From: an uncultured delta proteobacterium
GTDB lineage: Bacteria > Myxococcota > Myxococcia > SLRQ01
Length of the DNA stretch: 64,000 bases
Reading direction: 5' to 3'
Assembly: GCA_963727485.1 (NCBI GenBank)
Contig: CAVSGM010000002.1
Span: 1,344,001 to 1,408,000, forward strand
Part shown: piece by piece, positions 21,182-31,495 of the stretch
How positions within the stretch are numbered: position 1 is the first letter of the stretch
Layout of the letters: every line of letters begins with the position of its first letter
Notes under the pieces: model-generated
Told to the model about the DNA's origin: nothing
Database searches by the model: none
Seen by the model: the letters and a program-made list of their open reading frames with translations, nothing else
Made by a program: the position numbers and the translations under genes

Positions 21182-23578
21182 CTACGGCCCCAGGGCCGGG
21201 AAGAAGCCGGGGAAGACGCCGATCGCAAAGCTCTGGCCGGAGCTGCCGGGGCCCCCGTTGGGCGCGCCAATCAGCACGGTGCTCGCCGGCGCGACCAGGG
21301 AGGCGCTCTGGGGCTGGAGCGTCGGCGTGATCAGGGGGATCGGGCCCGAGCCGTCGGCGGGGAGGAGGACCATCTGGGGCCCGAGACCGCCGGCGCCGAA
21401 GGTGCCCCCGAAGGCCGAGAAGACCTGGAGGCCCGGGTAGGTGGTCACGGTTCCGGAAGTGCCGTCGATGACGTAGGTGACCGCCGGGCTCTGCGTGCTC
21501 AGGGCGCCGACCGGCATGGGGGTCCCCGTGGTGGGATCGCCGGGGTTGCCTGCGATCGACATCGGGGTCCCCGGCGCGATCGGGAGGTCCACCGCCGCCG
21601 AGGCGCCGACGCGGGCGGCGAGCTTCCCGGTCGAGGGACGGGTCCACACGACCATGCCCCAGCGGACATGGCTGCTGCCCGCCTGGTAGTCGGTGTCCAC
21701 GCTCGGGGCCGCGCCGCCCTGGAAGACCAGCCGCCGCGCCGGGGTCGACTCGTCGAAGGCGACGAAGGTGTCGCCGGACACGAAGGTGCCGTGGAGGCTG
21801 GTGCCTTGGACCTCTGTCCCGGCGAAGGGCGCGGCGGTCAGGCCCACGTACATCCCGGTGAGGGCCTGGTTGATGAACGCCAGCTCGCTGCCGTCGGGGC
21901 TCACGTACACGCGGGGCGCAGGGTAGGGCGCCGCGACGGTCTTCCCGGTGCGCGCGTCCAGCAGGTAGCTCCCGGTGCCGCCGGCCGGGTCCACGAGGAT
22001 CGTCCAGGGACCGTCACTGGTGTAGATCGGGTTGTCGGTGGCGGTGTACGCCGAGCCGTCGGGGAGGGTGACGGGGAGGGTGGCGGTGGCGCCCGGGGTC
22101 AGGTCGACCACGGGGCAGCCGGCGGCGTTCGCACAGGTGGTGATGGCCAGCATCGCGGTGCCGCCCATGTCGGGCGAGGAGCCGGCCTGGAAGGTCCCCC
22201 CGACCCCGTCGAAGATCTTGGAGGTGATGCCGGCGCCGCTCACCCGCGCCCAGGTCTGGGCGCCACTGGCGCTCGCGGTCTCGACCAGGAAGGCGGCGGG
22301 ACCCACCTGCTGGATGGAGCTGCCGGCCGTGGGGGTCATCTTGCCGGTGGCGAGCTCCAGCCGGTCCACGCCGCTGTCCCCCATGACCAGCAGCGACTTG
22401 CCGTCCTGGGCGAAGACCAGCTCGTGGGGGTTGCTCACGTCCACCGGCGCGGTCACCACCGTCCCGGTGGCGATCGAGGTCACGTAGACGGCGCCGGAGG
22501 TGTAGAGGGCAACCTGCTTGCCCTGGGGGTCGAGCACCGGCCGGGGCTGCACCGGGCCATCGAGGGCCGCGATGGGGTGGAGCGCCAGGGTGTCGAGGTC
22601 GACGGCGTAGAGCCAGAAGCCCCCCGGTCCCTGCTGGTAGAGCAGCACCCGCCCCCCGGCATCGAGCGGGCCGTTGATGAAGGGGCCGTCGTTCTGAGCC
22701 GTCGTCCAGTCGGTGCTGCCGCCACCGGGCAGCGGCCGGTACATCGACATCACCTTCGGCGCCAGCGCCACCGTCTGCCCGGAGACCACGTGCGCCTGGC
22801 CCAGGGTCTGCTCGGGGTAGTGGGTCGCGGTGGCGTCGATCCGGTAGGTCCCGGGCGGGAGATCGAGGCTGAAGGTTCCGTCGGGGTTCGGCTGGGCGGT
22901 GGCGGTGGTGCCCACCGCGGTGAGGGTGATGGTCGAGGCGTCGGCGGCCAGCGGGTAGGTCACGGTGCCGGTCACCGTCCCCGGCTCCGGGGCCGGGGGC
23001 GGCGGCGGCGGGGCGGCGAGGGTGAGGCTCGCGGTCGCGGTCGCCCCCCGCTTCACGGTCACCTGCGCGGTCCCGGTCACCCGGTCGGCGCCGGTGCCGA
23101 GGCTCGCCATCACCGTCTGCGCCCCGGTGAGGACCCGATCCAGGCTGAAGGCGCCGGTGGCGTCGGTGCTCGCCGCCCGGTCGGTCCCCAGGAGGCGCAC
23201 CTCGGCGCCCTCGGCGGGGTTGCCCGACGCGTCGACCACCGTGCCGGTGAGGGCGCCCACGGCGGTGAAGGTCAGGGTGGGCACGGTCACCGCGGTCTTG
23301 CCCACGCTCACCACCACCTGGGCGTGCCGCTCCAGGGTGCCGGGGACGTCGGCGGAGAGGACGTAGGCGCCCTCGACCACCTTGGTGAAGGCGAAGTGCC
23401 CCGACCCGTCGGTGGTCGCGGCCTGCGTGGTCGGGCCCGCGAGCCCCAGGGTCACCCCGGTCACCGGGGTGCCGTCGGCGAAGTCCACCTTGCCGTTCAC
23501 CGTGCCGTCGGCCGCGACGCCGCCGCAGCCGGCGACGAGCACACCCAGCCCCACAACCCACGCGAGTCGCGTCCTCAT
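21182..23578 (-). CDS. Lipoprotein with three carboxypeptidase-regulatory-like repeats and probable beta-propeller C-terminus
   Basis: Lipobox VAGC; repeated G-V-D...TDxxGxF...GxY motifs; Pro-rich linker; SPDG-type blades. Confidence 0.78.
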   Translation of the reverse strand: MRTRLAWVVGLGVLVAGCGGVAADGTVNGKVDFADGTPVTGVTLGLAGPTTQAATTDGSGHFAFTKVVEGAYVLSADVPGTLERHAQVVVSVGKTAVTVPTLTFTAVGALTGTVVDASGNPAEGAEVRLLGTDRAASTDATGAFSLDRVLTGAQTVMASLGTGADRVTGTAQVTVKRGATATASLTLAAPPPPPPAPEPGTVTGTVTYPLAADASTITLTAVGTTATAQPNPDGTFSLDLPPGTYRIDATATHYPEQTLGQAHVVSGQTVALAPKVMSMYRPLPGGGSTDWTTAQNDGPFINGPLDAGGRVLLYQQGPGGFWLYAVDLDTLALHPIAALDGPVQPRPVLDPQGKQVALYTSGAVYVTSIATGTVVTAPVDVSNPHELVFAQDGKSLLVMGDSGVDRLELATGKMTPTAGSSIQQVGPAAFLVETASASGAQTWARVSGAGITSKIFDGVGGTFQAGSSPDMGGTAMLAITTCANAAGCPVVDLTPGATATLPVTLPDGSAYTATDNPIYTSDGPWTILVDPAGGTGSYLLDARTGKTVAAPYPAPRVYVSPDGSELAFINQALTGMYVGLTAAPFAGTEVQGTSLHGTFVSGDTFVAFDESTPARRLVFQGGAAPSVDTDYQAGSSHVRWGMVVWTRPSTGKLAARVGASAAVDLPIAPGTPMSIAGNPGDPTTGTPMPVGALSTQSPAVTYVIDGTSGTVTTYPGLQVFSAFGGTFGAGGLGPQMVLLPADGSGPIPLITPTLQPQSASLVAPASTVLIGAPNGGPGSSGQSFAIGVFPGFFPALGP

Positions 23579-23662
23579 GCCAATCCCTTCCCGTTGGTGG
23601 GACCGGCACCCCCGCCGGCGCCCTTGGTGGTGCGGGGACAATGGGGCAGCGGCCCGGCCGGG

Positions 23663-24351
23663 TCAAATCCCCCGGGTACGCGGCTTCGGAACCAGGGGCG
23701 CGGGGAGGGGAAAGACCTCCCCGCCCCAGGCCATGAAGGCGGCGCCGGGCTCGCGCCACATCACCAGCCCCTCGAGGAACGCCGGCCAGGCCCTCGGGGC
23801 CGGGGCTCGAAGCCGGCGAGCCACCCGGCGACGACGATGACCACCCCGTCGTGGGTCACGTGGGCGTCGACGCGGCCGGGCTCCGGGGGATCGGCCAGCA
23901 GGCTCTCGACCACCAGGCCCACGCCCTCGGCGGTGGGGCGCAGGCCCGGGAGGGGGCCCGGGTCGACCACCTGGCGGCGGGCCGCGCCCATGGCGCCGGT
24001 GTCCCGGAACTCGGCCCAGGCGGCGACCGGGTCGAGGAGGAACGGGCCGGGGTTCCCGAGGACCACCCGGGGCGCCACCCGCGGGGCGACGCCGGCGCCC
24101 GCGGCCAGCGCCTCGGCGGTCTGGCGGCACCGGCCCACCGGGCTGGTGTAGAGCCGCGCGAGGCGGGGGCCGAGGACGGCGCCGAAGGCCCGGGCGTCGG
24201 CGTGGCCGTCGTCGGTGAGCAGCACCGTGTCGCCGTCCACGCCAGGGGGGATCGCGGGCCGCTCGGCGTGACGCAGGAGCAGCGCGGCGCCGGCGCCGGA
24301 CGGGACCCTTGCGAGGCTGGCCAGGGTGGACTCGGGGACCGGAGAGCTCAT
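23663..24351 (-). CDS. Histidine phosphatase family protein (frameshift about 23790-23810)
   Basis: LLLRHAER, TSPVGRCRQTA, VTHD; C-terminus continues in another frame as WPAFLEGLVMW. Confidence 0.8.
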
Positions 24352-24404
24352 CAGGTCAATCGCAGGCTACACCCGGGGGCCGGAGCCGGGTAGGATCGGC
24401 GGCC

Positions 24405-25424
24405 ATGTCCCGCATCAACCCCCTGGCCAAGGAGATCTCCGCCAAGATCGTCTACTACGGGCCGGGGCTCTCCGGTAAGACCACGACCCTCCAGGCGATC
24501 CACCACGCCATCAAGCCCGAGCGCCGGGGCGAGCTGGTGTCGCTGGCCACCGAGGGCGACCGGACGATCTTCTTCGACTTCCTGCCGGTGGTGGTCGACC
24601 GGGTCCAGGGGATGCCGCTGCGGCTGCAGCTCTACACCGTCCCCGGGCAGGTCTACTACGCGGCGACCCGGAAGCTGGTGCTCAACGGCGCCGACGGGGT
24701 GGTCTTCGTCGCCGACAGCCAGGCGGCGGCCATGGACCAGAACCGGACCGCGCTCGCCGACCTCGAGGCGAACCTCCGGGAGCTGGGCATCGCCCTCGAC
24801 CAGTTCCCCCTGGTCATCCAGTACAACAAGCGCGACCTCCCCGGGGTGCTCCCGGTGGCCGACCTCGCCGCCGAGCTCAACCCGAGGGGCGTCCCCGGCT
24901 TCGAGACCTGCGCCCCCAAGGGCACCGGGGTCTTCGACGCCCTCAAGGCCATCGTCCGGGCGGTGGTCCTCGACCTGCGCGCGCGGCAGCGTGCCGCCGA
25001 GGCCCGCCCCACCCCCGCCGAGGCCTTCACCGGCCGGCACCCCGGCGAGGGGCTGGCCGCCGAGGCCGCCGCCGAGGCCGAGCGCCGCAGCGAGCCCGAG
25101 GAGGTCCCGGCCTTCTCCTTCGCGGCCCTCTGGGGCGGAGACCCCGCGGCGGTCCTCGAGGTCGAGGACCACCTCCGCGAGCGCGCCTTCGGCCCGGCGG
25201 TGCGCACCGCCGCGGCGATCCTCTCGCGGCTCCTCGACCAGCTGCCCGGGGCCACCGTCGAGGACGGGCCCATGACCCGGGCGAGCCTCCTGGGCCTCGA
25301 CGGCCGGGAGTACCTGCGCCTGTGCCGGCTGGCCTCCACCCCCGACGAGGCGGTGGGCGAGCCCGACGCCCTCTTCGCCCTCTACGTGCTCCTCGCCGCC
25401 CGGCTCAAGGCCCAGGCGATCTGA
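24405..25424 (+). CDS. MglA-like small GTPase with C-terminal helical extension
   Basis: KIVYYGPGLSGKTT, DRTIFFDFLP, YTVPGQ, VFVADS, QYNKRDLP. Confidence 0.92.
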   Translation: MSRINPLAKEISAKIVYYGPGLSGKTTTLQAIHHAIKPERRGELVSLATEGDRTIFFDFLPVVVDRVQGMPLRLQLYTVPGQVYYAATRKLVLNGADGVVFVADSQAAAMDQNRTALADLEANLRELGIALDQFPLVIQYNKRDLPGVLPVADLAAELNPRGVPGFETCAPKGTGVFDALKAIVRAVVLDLRARQRAAEARPTPAEAFTGRHPGEGLAAEAAAEAERRSEPEEVPAFSFAALWGGDPAAVLEVEDHLRERAFGPAVRTAAAILSRLLDQLPGATVEDGPMTRASLLGLDGREYLRLCRLASTPDEAVGEPDALFALYVLLAARLKAQAI

Positions 25425-25567
25425 AGCCGGCGGCCTTGCCGGCGCCGGGCGGGCGCGGGCGGGCGTGGGCCGGCGCCGGGCGGGCCCGGGCGAAGGGGCC
25501 CGGGGCCGGTGGGGCGATCCCCGGGGCGCGTTGCCCGAGGCGCTGCGGTCCCTATTCATTAGGGACC

Positions 25568-26659
25568 ATGATCGACAAACCGCCTGCCCCGCCCGTGCTC
25601 GGCAATCGGATCATCACCCTCGAGCGTCACATCCTCGATCACCAGCGCGAGGTCCCCGGCGCCACCGGCGCCTTCAGCCAGCTCCTCTCTTCCATCGCGC
25701 TCGCGGCGAAGGTGATCACCCGGGAGGTCCGCCGCGCCGGGCTCGTCGACATCCTCGGGCTCACCGGCGACACCAACATCCAGGGCGAGAAGGTCACCAA
25801 GCTCGACGAGTACGCCCACAACCTGATGGTGCGGATGCTCGGCCGCTCCGGCGAGGTGTGCGGGATGGCCAGCGAGGAGGCCGACGGGTTCATCCCGGTG
25901 GAGGCCCACCCGGACGCCCGGTACCTCGTCGCCTTCAATCCCCTCGACGGCAGCAGCAACATCGACGCCAACGCCTCCATCGGGACCATCTTCGGCATCT
26001 GGCGCCGGGAGGGCGACGGGGGCCCGGCGACGGCGGGCGACCTCCTCCAGCCGGGGACCCGCCTGGTGGGCGCGGGCTACGTGGTCTACGGCTCGTCGAC
26101 CATCTTCGTCTACTCCACCGGCGCCGGGGTCCACGGCTTCACCCTCGACCCCTCCATCGGCGAGTTCCTCCTCTCGCACCGGGACATCCGCATCCCCGAG
26201 CGGGGGAAGATCTTCTCGGTGAACGAGGGCAACACCGCCGCCTGGTCCGAGGGCGTGCGCCAGTACGTCGCCCACCTCAAGGGCCGGGACAACGCCCTGG
26301 GCAAGCCCTACTCGGCCCGGTACATCGGCTCCCTGGTCGCCGACTTCCACCGGAACCTGGTCTACGGCGGGGTGTTCATGTACCCGGCGACCCGGGAGAA
26401 GCCCGGCGGCAAGCTGCGCCTGCTCTTCGAGGCGGCGCCGCTGTCCTACCTCTGCGAGCAGGCCGGCGGCGGGGCCAGCGACGGCACCCGGCGCATCCTC
26501 GAGGTCGAGCCGGCCAAGCTCCATCAGCGGGTGCCCCTCTTCGTCGGCAGCCGTCTCGACGTGGAGGAGGCGGCGGCGTTCGTCTCCGGTCGCGCCCGGA
26601 CCCCGGCGCGGCGGGACCGCCCCCGGGCCTCCGTCGCCGACACCAGCCCCCGGGCCTGA
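25568..26659 (+). CDS. fbp: Fructose-1,6-bisphosphatase class 1
   Basis: NIQGE...KLD, ASEE, (N)PLDGSSNID, RYIGSLVADFHR, KLRLLFEAAP. Confidence 0.93.
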   Translation: MIDKPPAPPVLGNRIITLERHILDHQREVPGATGAFSQLLSSIALAAKVITREVRRAGLVDILGLTGDTNIQGEKVTKLDEYAHNLMVRMLGRSGEVCGMASEEADGFIPVEAHPDARYLVAFNPLDGSSNIDANASIGTIFGIWRREGDGGPATAGDLLQPGTRLVGAGYVVYGSSTIFVYSTGAGVHGFTLDPSIGEFLLSHRDIRIPERGKIFSVNEGNTAAWSEGVRQYVAHLKGRDNALGKPYSARYIGSLVADFHRNLVYGGVFMYPATREKPGGKLRLLFEAAPLSYLCEQAGGGASDGTRRILEVEPAKLHQRVPLFVGSRLDVEEAAAFVSGRARTPARRDRPRASVADTSPRA

Positions 26660-26782
26660 CCGCGGCCCGCCGACACCCGGGCGTTTCTTGACCCCGGGCC
26701 CCGAATCCCACGGACAATCCCCGGACGACGCGGGGGGGCCCCGTTTTCGGGACCTCCTCGCCCGCACCTCGGGGACACGCGC

Positions 26783-27774
26783 GTGCCGACCTACAACTTC
26801 AAGGACCGGGAGCTGACGGCGAAGATCGTCTACTACGGCCCCGGCATGTGCGGAAAGACGACCAACCTCCAGAAGGTCCACGAGAAGATGCGTGGGGACC
26901 TGCGGGGGAAGCTGGTCAGCATCGCCACCGAGACCGACCGGACCATCTACTTCGACCTGCTCCCCATGAACCTGGGGAAGATCGCGGGGATGACCTTCAC
27001 GGTCCGGGTGTTCACCGTCCCCGGCCAGAATCTACTACGCCGAGACGAGGCGGCTGGTGCTCCAGGGGGCCGACGGGATCGTCTTCGTCGCCGACAGCGG
27101 CCAGGACAAGCTCGCCGAGAACATCGAGTCCCTCAAGGACCTCAAGAAGAACCTCCAGGCCAACAAGCTCGACTACGGCGCCATCCCCCTCATCCTCCAG
27201 TGGAACAAGCGCGACCTCCCCGGGGCCCTGCCGGTGGGCGCGCTGAACCGGGCGCTCAACGACCGCAACGCCAAGGCCTTCGAGGCCATCGCCATGAACG
27301 GCGATGGAGTCCTGGAGACCCTCCGGGCGGTCACCGTCGAGGTGTTCAACAAGAATCAAGAACGGGATGGCCCAGGGCCGCTCCGCCCCCAGCGGCGCCC
27401 CCGCCGCGGCGCCGGCGCCGGCGCCCGCCGCCCCCGCGCCCCGGGCCGCGGCGCCCCAGCCGGCGCGGCAGGCCCCGGCGGCCCGCGGCGCCCCCAACGG
27501 CGCGGCCCCCACCAAGGCCCCCCCGCCCGCCGCCGCCCACCACGCGGCGACGCCCCTCACCGACCTCGACGGCCCCCCCGCCGGCGACCCGGACGATCCC
27601 GAGACCCTGCGCAAGCAGATCGCCTTTGCCGAGTTCCAGAACCTGGCGGTGATGCACCACAAGCTGGTGGAGCGGGTGGCCCTCCTGGAGAAGGAGGTCT
27701 TCCGCCTGCGCCGGGACCTGAAGGCCGCCGGCGTCGGCGCCGCCAAGCCGGCCGCGGGGCGGACCAAGAAGTAG
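26783..27774 (+). CDS. Second MglA/SofG-like GTPase with Pro/Ala linker and coiled-coil tail (frameshifts about 27030 and 27355)
   Basis: ELTAKIVYYGPGMCGKTT, DRTIYFDLLP, FTVPGQ; then LQGADGIVFVADS, QWNKRDLP; then tail LVERVALLEKEVFRLRRDLK. Confidence 0.85.
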
Positions 27775-27847
27775 CGGGGCCGGGGTGCCACCGGTCGATT
27801 GACCGAGGGACGCGGGCCGGGAGGCTGCGCTAGGATCATCCTCGCAG

Positions 27848-28606
27848 ATGCCCGGCGAGACCCCCGCACCGCTCCTGGCCCCCAATCCGGTCACCGAGCC
27901 CGCCTTCACGCCGGGTGACGCCGGGGACGCGCGCCTCGAGATCTTCATCGCCCGCCACCGTGGCCGCCCCGACGTCTACTGGTGGCTCCTCGGCGTGGTC
28001 GGGTCGGTGGGCTGGATCGGCTTCGCGGCCACTGCCGCCTGGTTCGTCGTCGACGGGCACCGGCGCAACGTCTACGACCCGTACGCCTACCCGGCCCTGG
28101 CCTTCGCCGTGATCAGCCACCTCGGCTACCTCTTCCGGCGCCGGTGGAGCCGGGTGGCCGTGCTCTTCCCCTACCTGCTGGTCACCGCGAGCGACGCCTA
28201 CATCGGCTGGATGTCCGCCCGGGATTTTGGGCCGCCCGCCCCCTATCCGGATCCCTTCGGCCCGATCCGGGAGGCGATCTTCGTCGCCCTCTTCGTCGGG
28301 CCGGCGGTCCTCGCCCTCATCAGCCCGCTGAACCGCCTCGCCTTCGGCCTCGAGGTCCCCCGCGACCGCCTCGAGGCCGCCCGGGTCACCTACCAGCGCA
28401 ACCGCCTCGCCGTGGTGGCGGCGGTGCTCTCCTTCGCCCTCGCCGCCGTCCCCCTGGGCTTCATCCTCGCGCTGCCGGTGACGGTGACCGCGTGGTGGCG
28501 CAGCCAGGTGCACGGGGCCGGCCATCCGCGGGTGGCCCGGGTGGCGCTGGCGCTGAGCGGGGTGGGCCTCCTGTGGACGGTGGCCTTCTTCGCCTTCGTG
28601 TCGTGA
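27848..28606 (+). CDS. Hypothetical multi-pass membrane protein
   Basis: About 6 hydrophobic segments; GC3-biased frame. Confidence 0.72.
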   Translation: MPGETPAPLLAPNPVTEPAFTPGDAGDARLEIFIARHRGRPDVYWWLLGVVGSVGWIGFAATAAWFVVDGHRRNVYDPYAYPALAFAVISHLGYLFRRRWSRVAVLFPYLLVTASDAYIGWMSARDFGPPAPYPDPFGPIREAIFVALFVGPAVLALISPLNRLAFGLEVPRDRLEAARVTYQRNRLAVVAAVLSFALAAVPLGFILALPVTVTAWWRSQVHGAGHPRVARVALALSGVGLLWTVAFFAFVS

Positions 28607-28684
28607 CCGGGACCCCGCCAGCGCCGGCAACCTGTGCGAGGCCGGCCTGGGCCGCGTTGATCCTGTGCTTCGTCGGGTTCGGGA

Positions 28685-29654
28685 TCACCGCTCTGGCGGT
28701 GGCCCTGCGGTTCCAGCAGACCGGCCGGCTGATCCGACGCCCGCCGGCGCGGCGTCGGCCCGGCGGGCCACGTCGCGGATGGCCGAGGCGATGACGTGGG
28801 GCACCTCCTCCTGGAGAAAGTGCCCGGCGTCGGTGAGGGTCATCGGCGCGTCCGGGAGCGTCCGCTGGGCGCGCCGGGCCAGCCGCCCGAGGATCGGATC
28901 GCGCCGCCCCCACACCAGGGCCGCCGGGCCGGCGAAGGCCTCGAGGTAGCCCTGCACCCCCTCGAGATCCGGCACCGAGGGGTGGTCCGGCCCGTCGGGG
29001 ACCATCCGCGCCAGGGCCAGCGGCGCCGCGTTCGCCGCCAGACCCTTGAGCGGCAGGCGGTAGGCCCGGGCCACCTCGCCGGCGATGGACGACCGGTCGC
29101 CCTGGGCGATGGCGAGGAGGTTCTGGGGGAAGCCGAGGAGGCGGAAGACCAGGTCGCTGACCCCGGGCAGCCGCGCCAGGCGGTGGAAGGCGGTGGGCTT
29201 GAACCCGGGCTTCGGGGGGCCGACGGCGGTGTTCATCAGCACCAGGCCGGCGACCCGCGAGGGGACGTCGGCGACCGCGCGCACGGCGATGGGCCCGCCC
29301 CAGTCCTGGCCCACCACGATGAGGTCCGTGAGGTCGAGGCCGGTCACCAGGCCCCGGATCCAGGCGGCGTGGTTCGCCAGGGTGTGGACCGCCGGGATCG
29401 AGCGGGTGGTCGGAGAAGCCGAGGCCCACCAGGTCCGGGACCACCAGGCGCAGGCCCGCCCCGGCCAGCGCCCGGGCGACCTTCCGGTAGAGGAAGCCCC
29501 AGGTGGGGTTGCCGTGGAGGAGGAGCACCGGGCGGCCGGCGCCGGACTCCATCACGTGGAGGCGCTGGCCGAGGACCTCCACCCGGTAGCGGCGGTCGAA
29601 GGGCAGGAGGGCCTCGAGCCAGGGGGGCAGCGGCGGTGGGGGCAGGGTCTTCAT
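28685..29654 (-). CDS. Haloalkane dehalogenase-like alpha/beta hydrolase (frameshift about 29395)
   Basis: LLHGNPTW, PDLVGLGFSD, nucleophile GQDWGG, AGHFLQEE. Confidence 0.88.
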
Positions 29655-29711
29655 CGGGGCCCGAGTGTAGGCGTCCCGGGCCCGGCGCGCATCGGGAGCG
29701 GGCCCGGGGCG

Positions 29712-30413
29712 CTAGTTCGCCGGGCCGTGGCCGCGGCGGCAGGCCGGGTCGACCTTGAGGCAGACCTCGGCGACCTCGCTGACCACCCGCTGGAGGCGAC
29801 GGGTGACATTGGTCTCCTCGAGGATCTGCTGGCGGCGGAGGGGATTGGGGATGAGGCGGCAGGCGAGCTGGTCGGCGAGCTCGGCGGCCCCGCCGACGGT
29901 GTGGAGCAGGCGGCCGAGCGGCGCCTTGACGTCGGGGACCGCGTCGGCGAGGCGCAGCGCCAGCTTCTTGAGGGTCTGGCAGGCCTCGTTGTCGCAGGTG
30001 TCCGGGTCCAGCAGGGCCCCGGGGACGGGGCGGGCGGCGTCGAGGCGGGCGACCTGGAAGCGGCGGAACGCGGTGTCCGGGGGCAGCTCCTGGACCACCT
30101 TCACCCGGTCGGTGCCCCGGAGGAGGATGTTCCACCGGCCGTCGGGGAGGCGCTCCTCGTCGACGATGACCCCGGCGCCCAGCACCTCGAAGATCGGCGG
30201 CCGGCCGTCGTAGTCGGCCTCGTAGCCGGGCTTGAGCAGCGCCACGCCGAGGGCACGGTCGGTCTCGAGGCAGTGCTCGACCAGCGCCCGGTAGCGGGGC
30301 TCGAAGACGTGGAGGGGCAGCTCGGTCCCCGGGAAGAACACGGTCGCCGGCAGGGGGAAGACCGGGAGCCGATCGAGGACCGGGTCCTCGAGGAAGTGGG
30401 CCAACTCCGTCAT
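29712..30413 (-). CDS. LON peptidase substrate-binding (N-terminal) domain protein
   Basis: LPVFPL...FPGTELPLHVFEPRYRALV...LPDGRWNI. Confidence 0.9.
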   Translation of the reverse strand: MTELAHFLEDPVLDRLPVFPLPATVFFPGTELPLHVFEPRYRALVEHCLETDRALGVALLKPGYEADYDGRPPIFEVLGAGVIVDEERLPDGRWNILLRGTDRVKVVQELPPDTAFRRFQVARLDAARPVPGALLDPDTCDNEACQTLKKLALRLADAVPDVKAPLGRLLHTVGGAAELADQLACRLIPNPLRRQQILEETNVTRRLQRVVSEVAEVCLKVDPACRRGHGPAN

Positions 30414-30511
30414 GGGCCGAGAGTCTAGGCCGAGCCCGGAAAACAGCCACTTTACACGGGGGTGGGGCGTTCCCCGGGGGGCGGGACGGGCGGCCCGGCG
30501 CCGGGGCCGGG

Positions 30512-31495
30512 TCAGGCGTAGGCGGCGAGGCGGCGGCGGGCGGTCTCGGCGACCCGGGCCCGCAGGGCGCTGGGGGCCAGGACCTCACCGTCGGCGCCGA
30601 GGGCGAGGACGAGCCCCTCCACCCACTCCCAGCTCGGGGCGTCGAGGCGGACCTCCACCGCGCCGCCGGCCGCGTCGGTCACCTGGGCGTCCTCGAAGCG
30701 CTCGCGCACCCACCGGGCCCGGGCCGGGCCGACCCGGAGGCGCACCGTGGCCTCGCCGGCGCGCTGGAGGAAGCGGGTGCGCCGGAGCCGGTCGAGGTCG
30801 AGGCTCGCCGGCGCCTCGTAGGCCCCGGCGGCGCCGACGAGGCGCGCCTCGCGGACCCGGTCGAAGCGGTAGAGCTTGGGGCCCTCGGCGCCGTCGGGCC
30901 CGGCGACCAGGTACCAGTAGCCCCGGTGCGCCAGGATCCCGTAGGGCTCCACCGTGCGCTCGCCGAAGGCCCCGGAGTGGGCCGAGTAGTAGGTCATGGC
31001 GACGCGCTGCCTGGCCTCCACCGCCCGGCGGAGCACCGCGTGGACGTCCCCCTCGGCGGTGGGATCGCCCCCGAGGACGATGCGGCCCTCGAGGGCCCGG
31101 TAGCGCTCGCGCTCGGCGGGGGTGAGGGCGGCCTCGAGCTTGGCCAGGACCCCCCGGAGCGCCGCGCCCCAGTCGCCGGTCTCGCCCCCGAGCAGGCTCT
31201 GGGCGCCCACCGCCAGGGCCAACGCCTCGTCGTGGGTGAGCCTCGGCGGGCGGGTCAGCGACTGGGCCAGGGCCACGTGGACCCGGTCGCCGTCGACGTA
31301 GACGTCCAGGAAGTCGGCGGGGCTGAACGGCGGCTTGCCCACCAGCAGCAGGAAGTCGATCTCCGCCAGGACCTCGTCGGGGCTGACCCCGAGGCGCTCG
31401 GCGAGCTCGTCCACCGGGATCCCGTCCTCGGCGCGGGCGGCGGCCGGGACCAGGAGGAGCAGCCGGCGGATGCGCTCGGGGACCGGGACGCTCAC
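30512..31495 (-). CDS. pafC: WYL-domain transcriptional regulator, PafC-like (wHTH-WYL-WCX)
   Basis: RIRRLLLLVP, RPPRLTHDEALAL, YYSAHSG..ERTVEP...WYL...YRFDRV; GTG start overlaps upstream stop. Confidence 0.82.
   Translation of the reverse strand: MSVPVPERIRRLLLLVPAAARAEDGIPVDELAERLGVSPDEVLAEIDFLLLVGKPPFSPADFLDVYVDGDRVHVALAQSLTRPPRLTHDEALALAVGAQSLLGGETGDWGAALRGVLAKLEAALTPAERERYRALEGRIVLGGDPTAEGDVHAVLRRAVEARQRVAMTYYSAHSGAFGERTVEPYGILAHRGYWYLVAGPDGAEGPKLYRFDRVREARLVGAAGAYEAPASLDLDRLRRTRFLQRAGEATVRLRVGPARARWVRERFEDAQVTDAAGGAVEVRLDAPSWEWVEGLVLALGADGEVLAPSALRARVAETARRRLAAYA

Noticed and set aside
25931..25960. Catalytically dead FBPase (NPLDGS instead of DPLDGS)
   Set aside because: Single GAT-to-AAT change at a GATC site with all other motifs intact; more likely part of the GATC anomaly, and needs read check.
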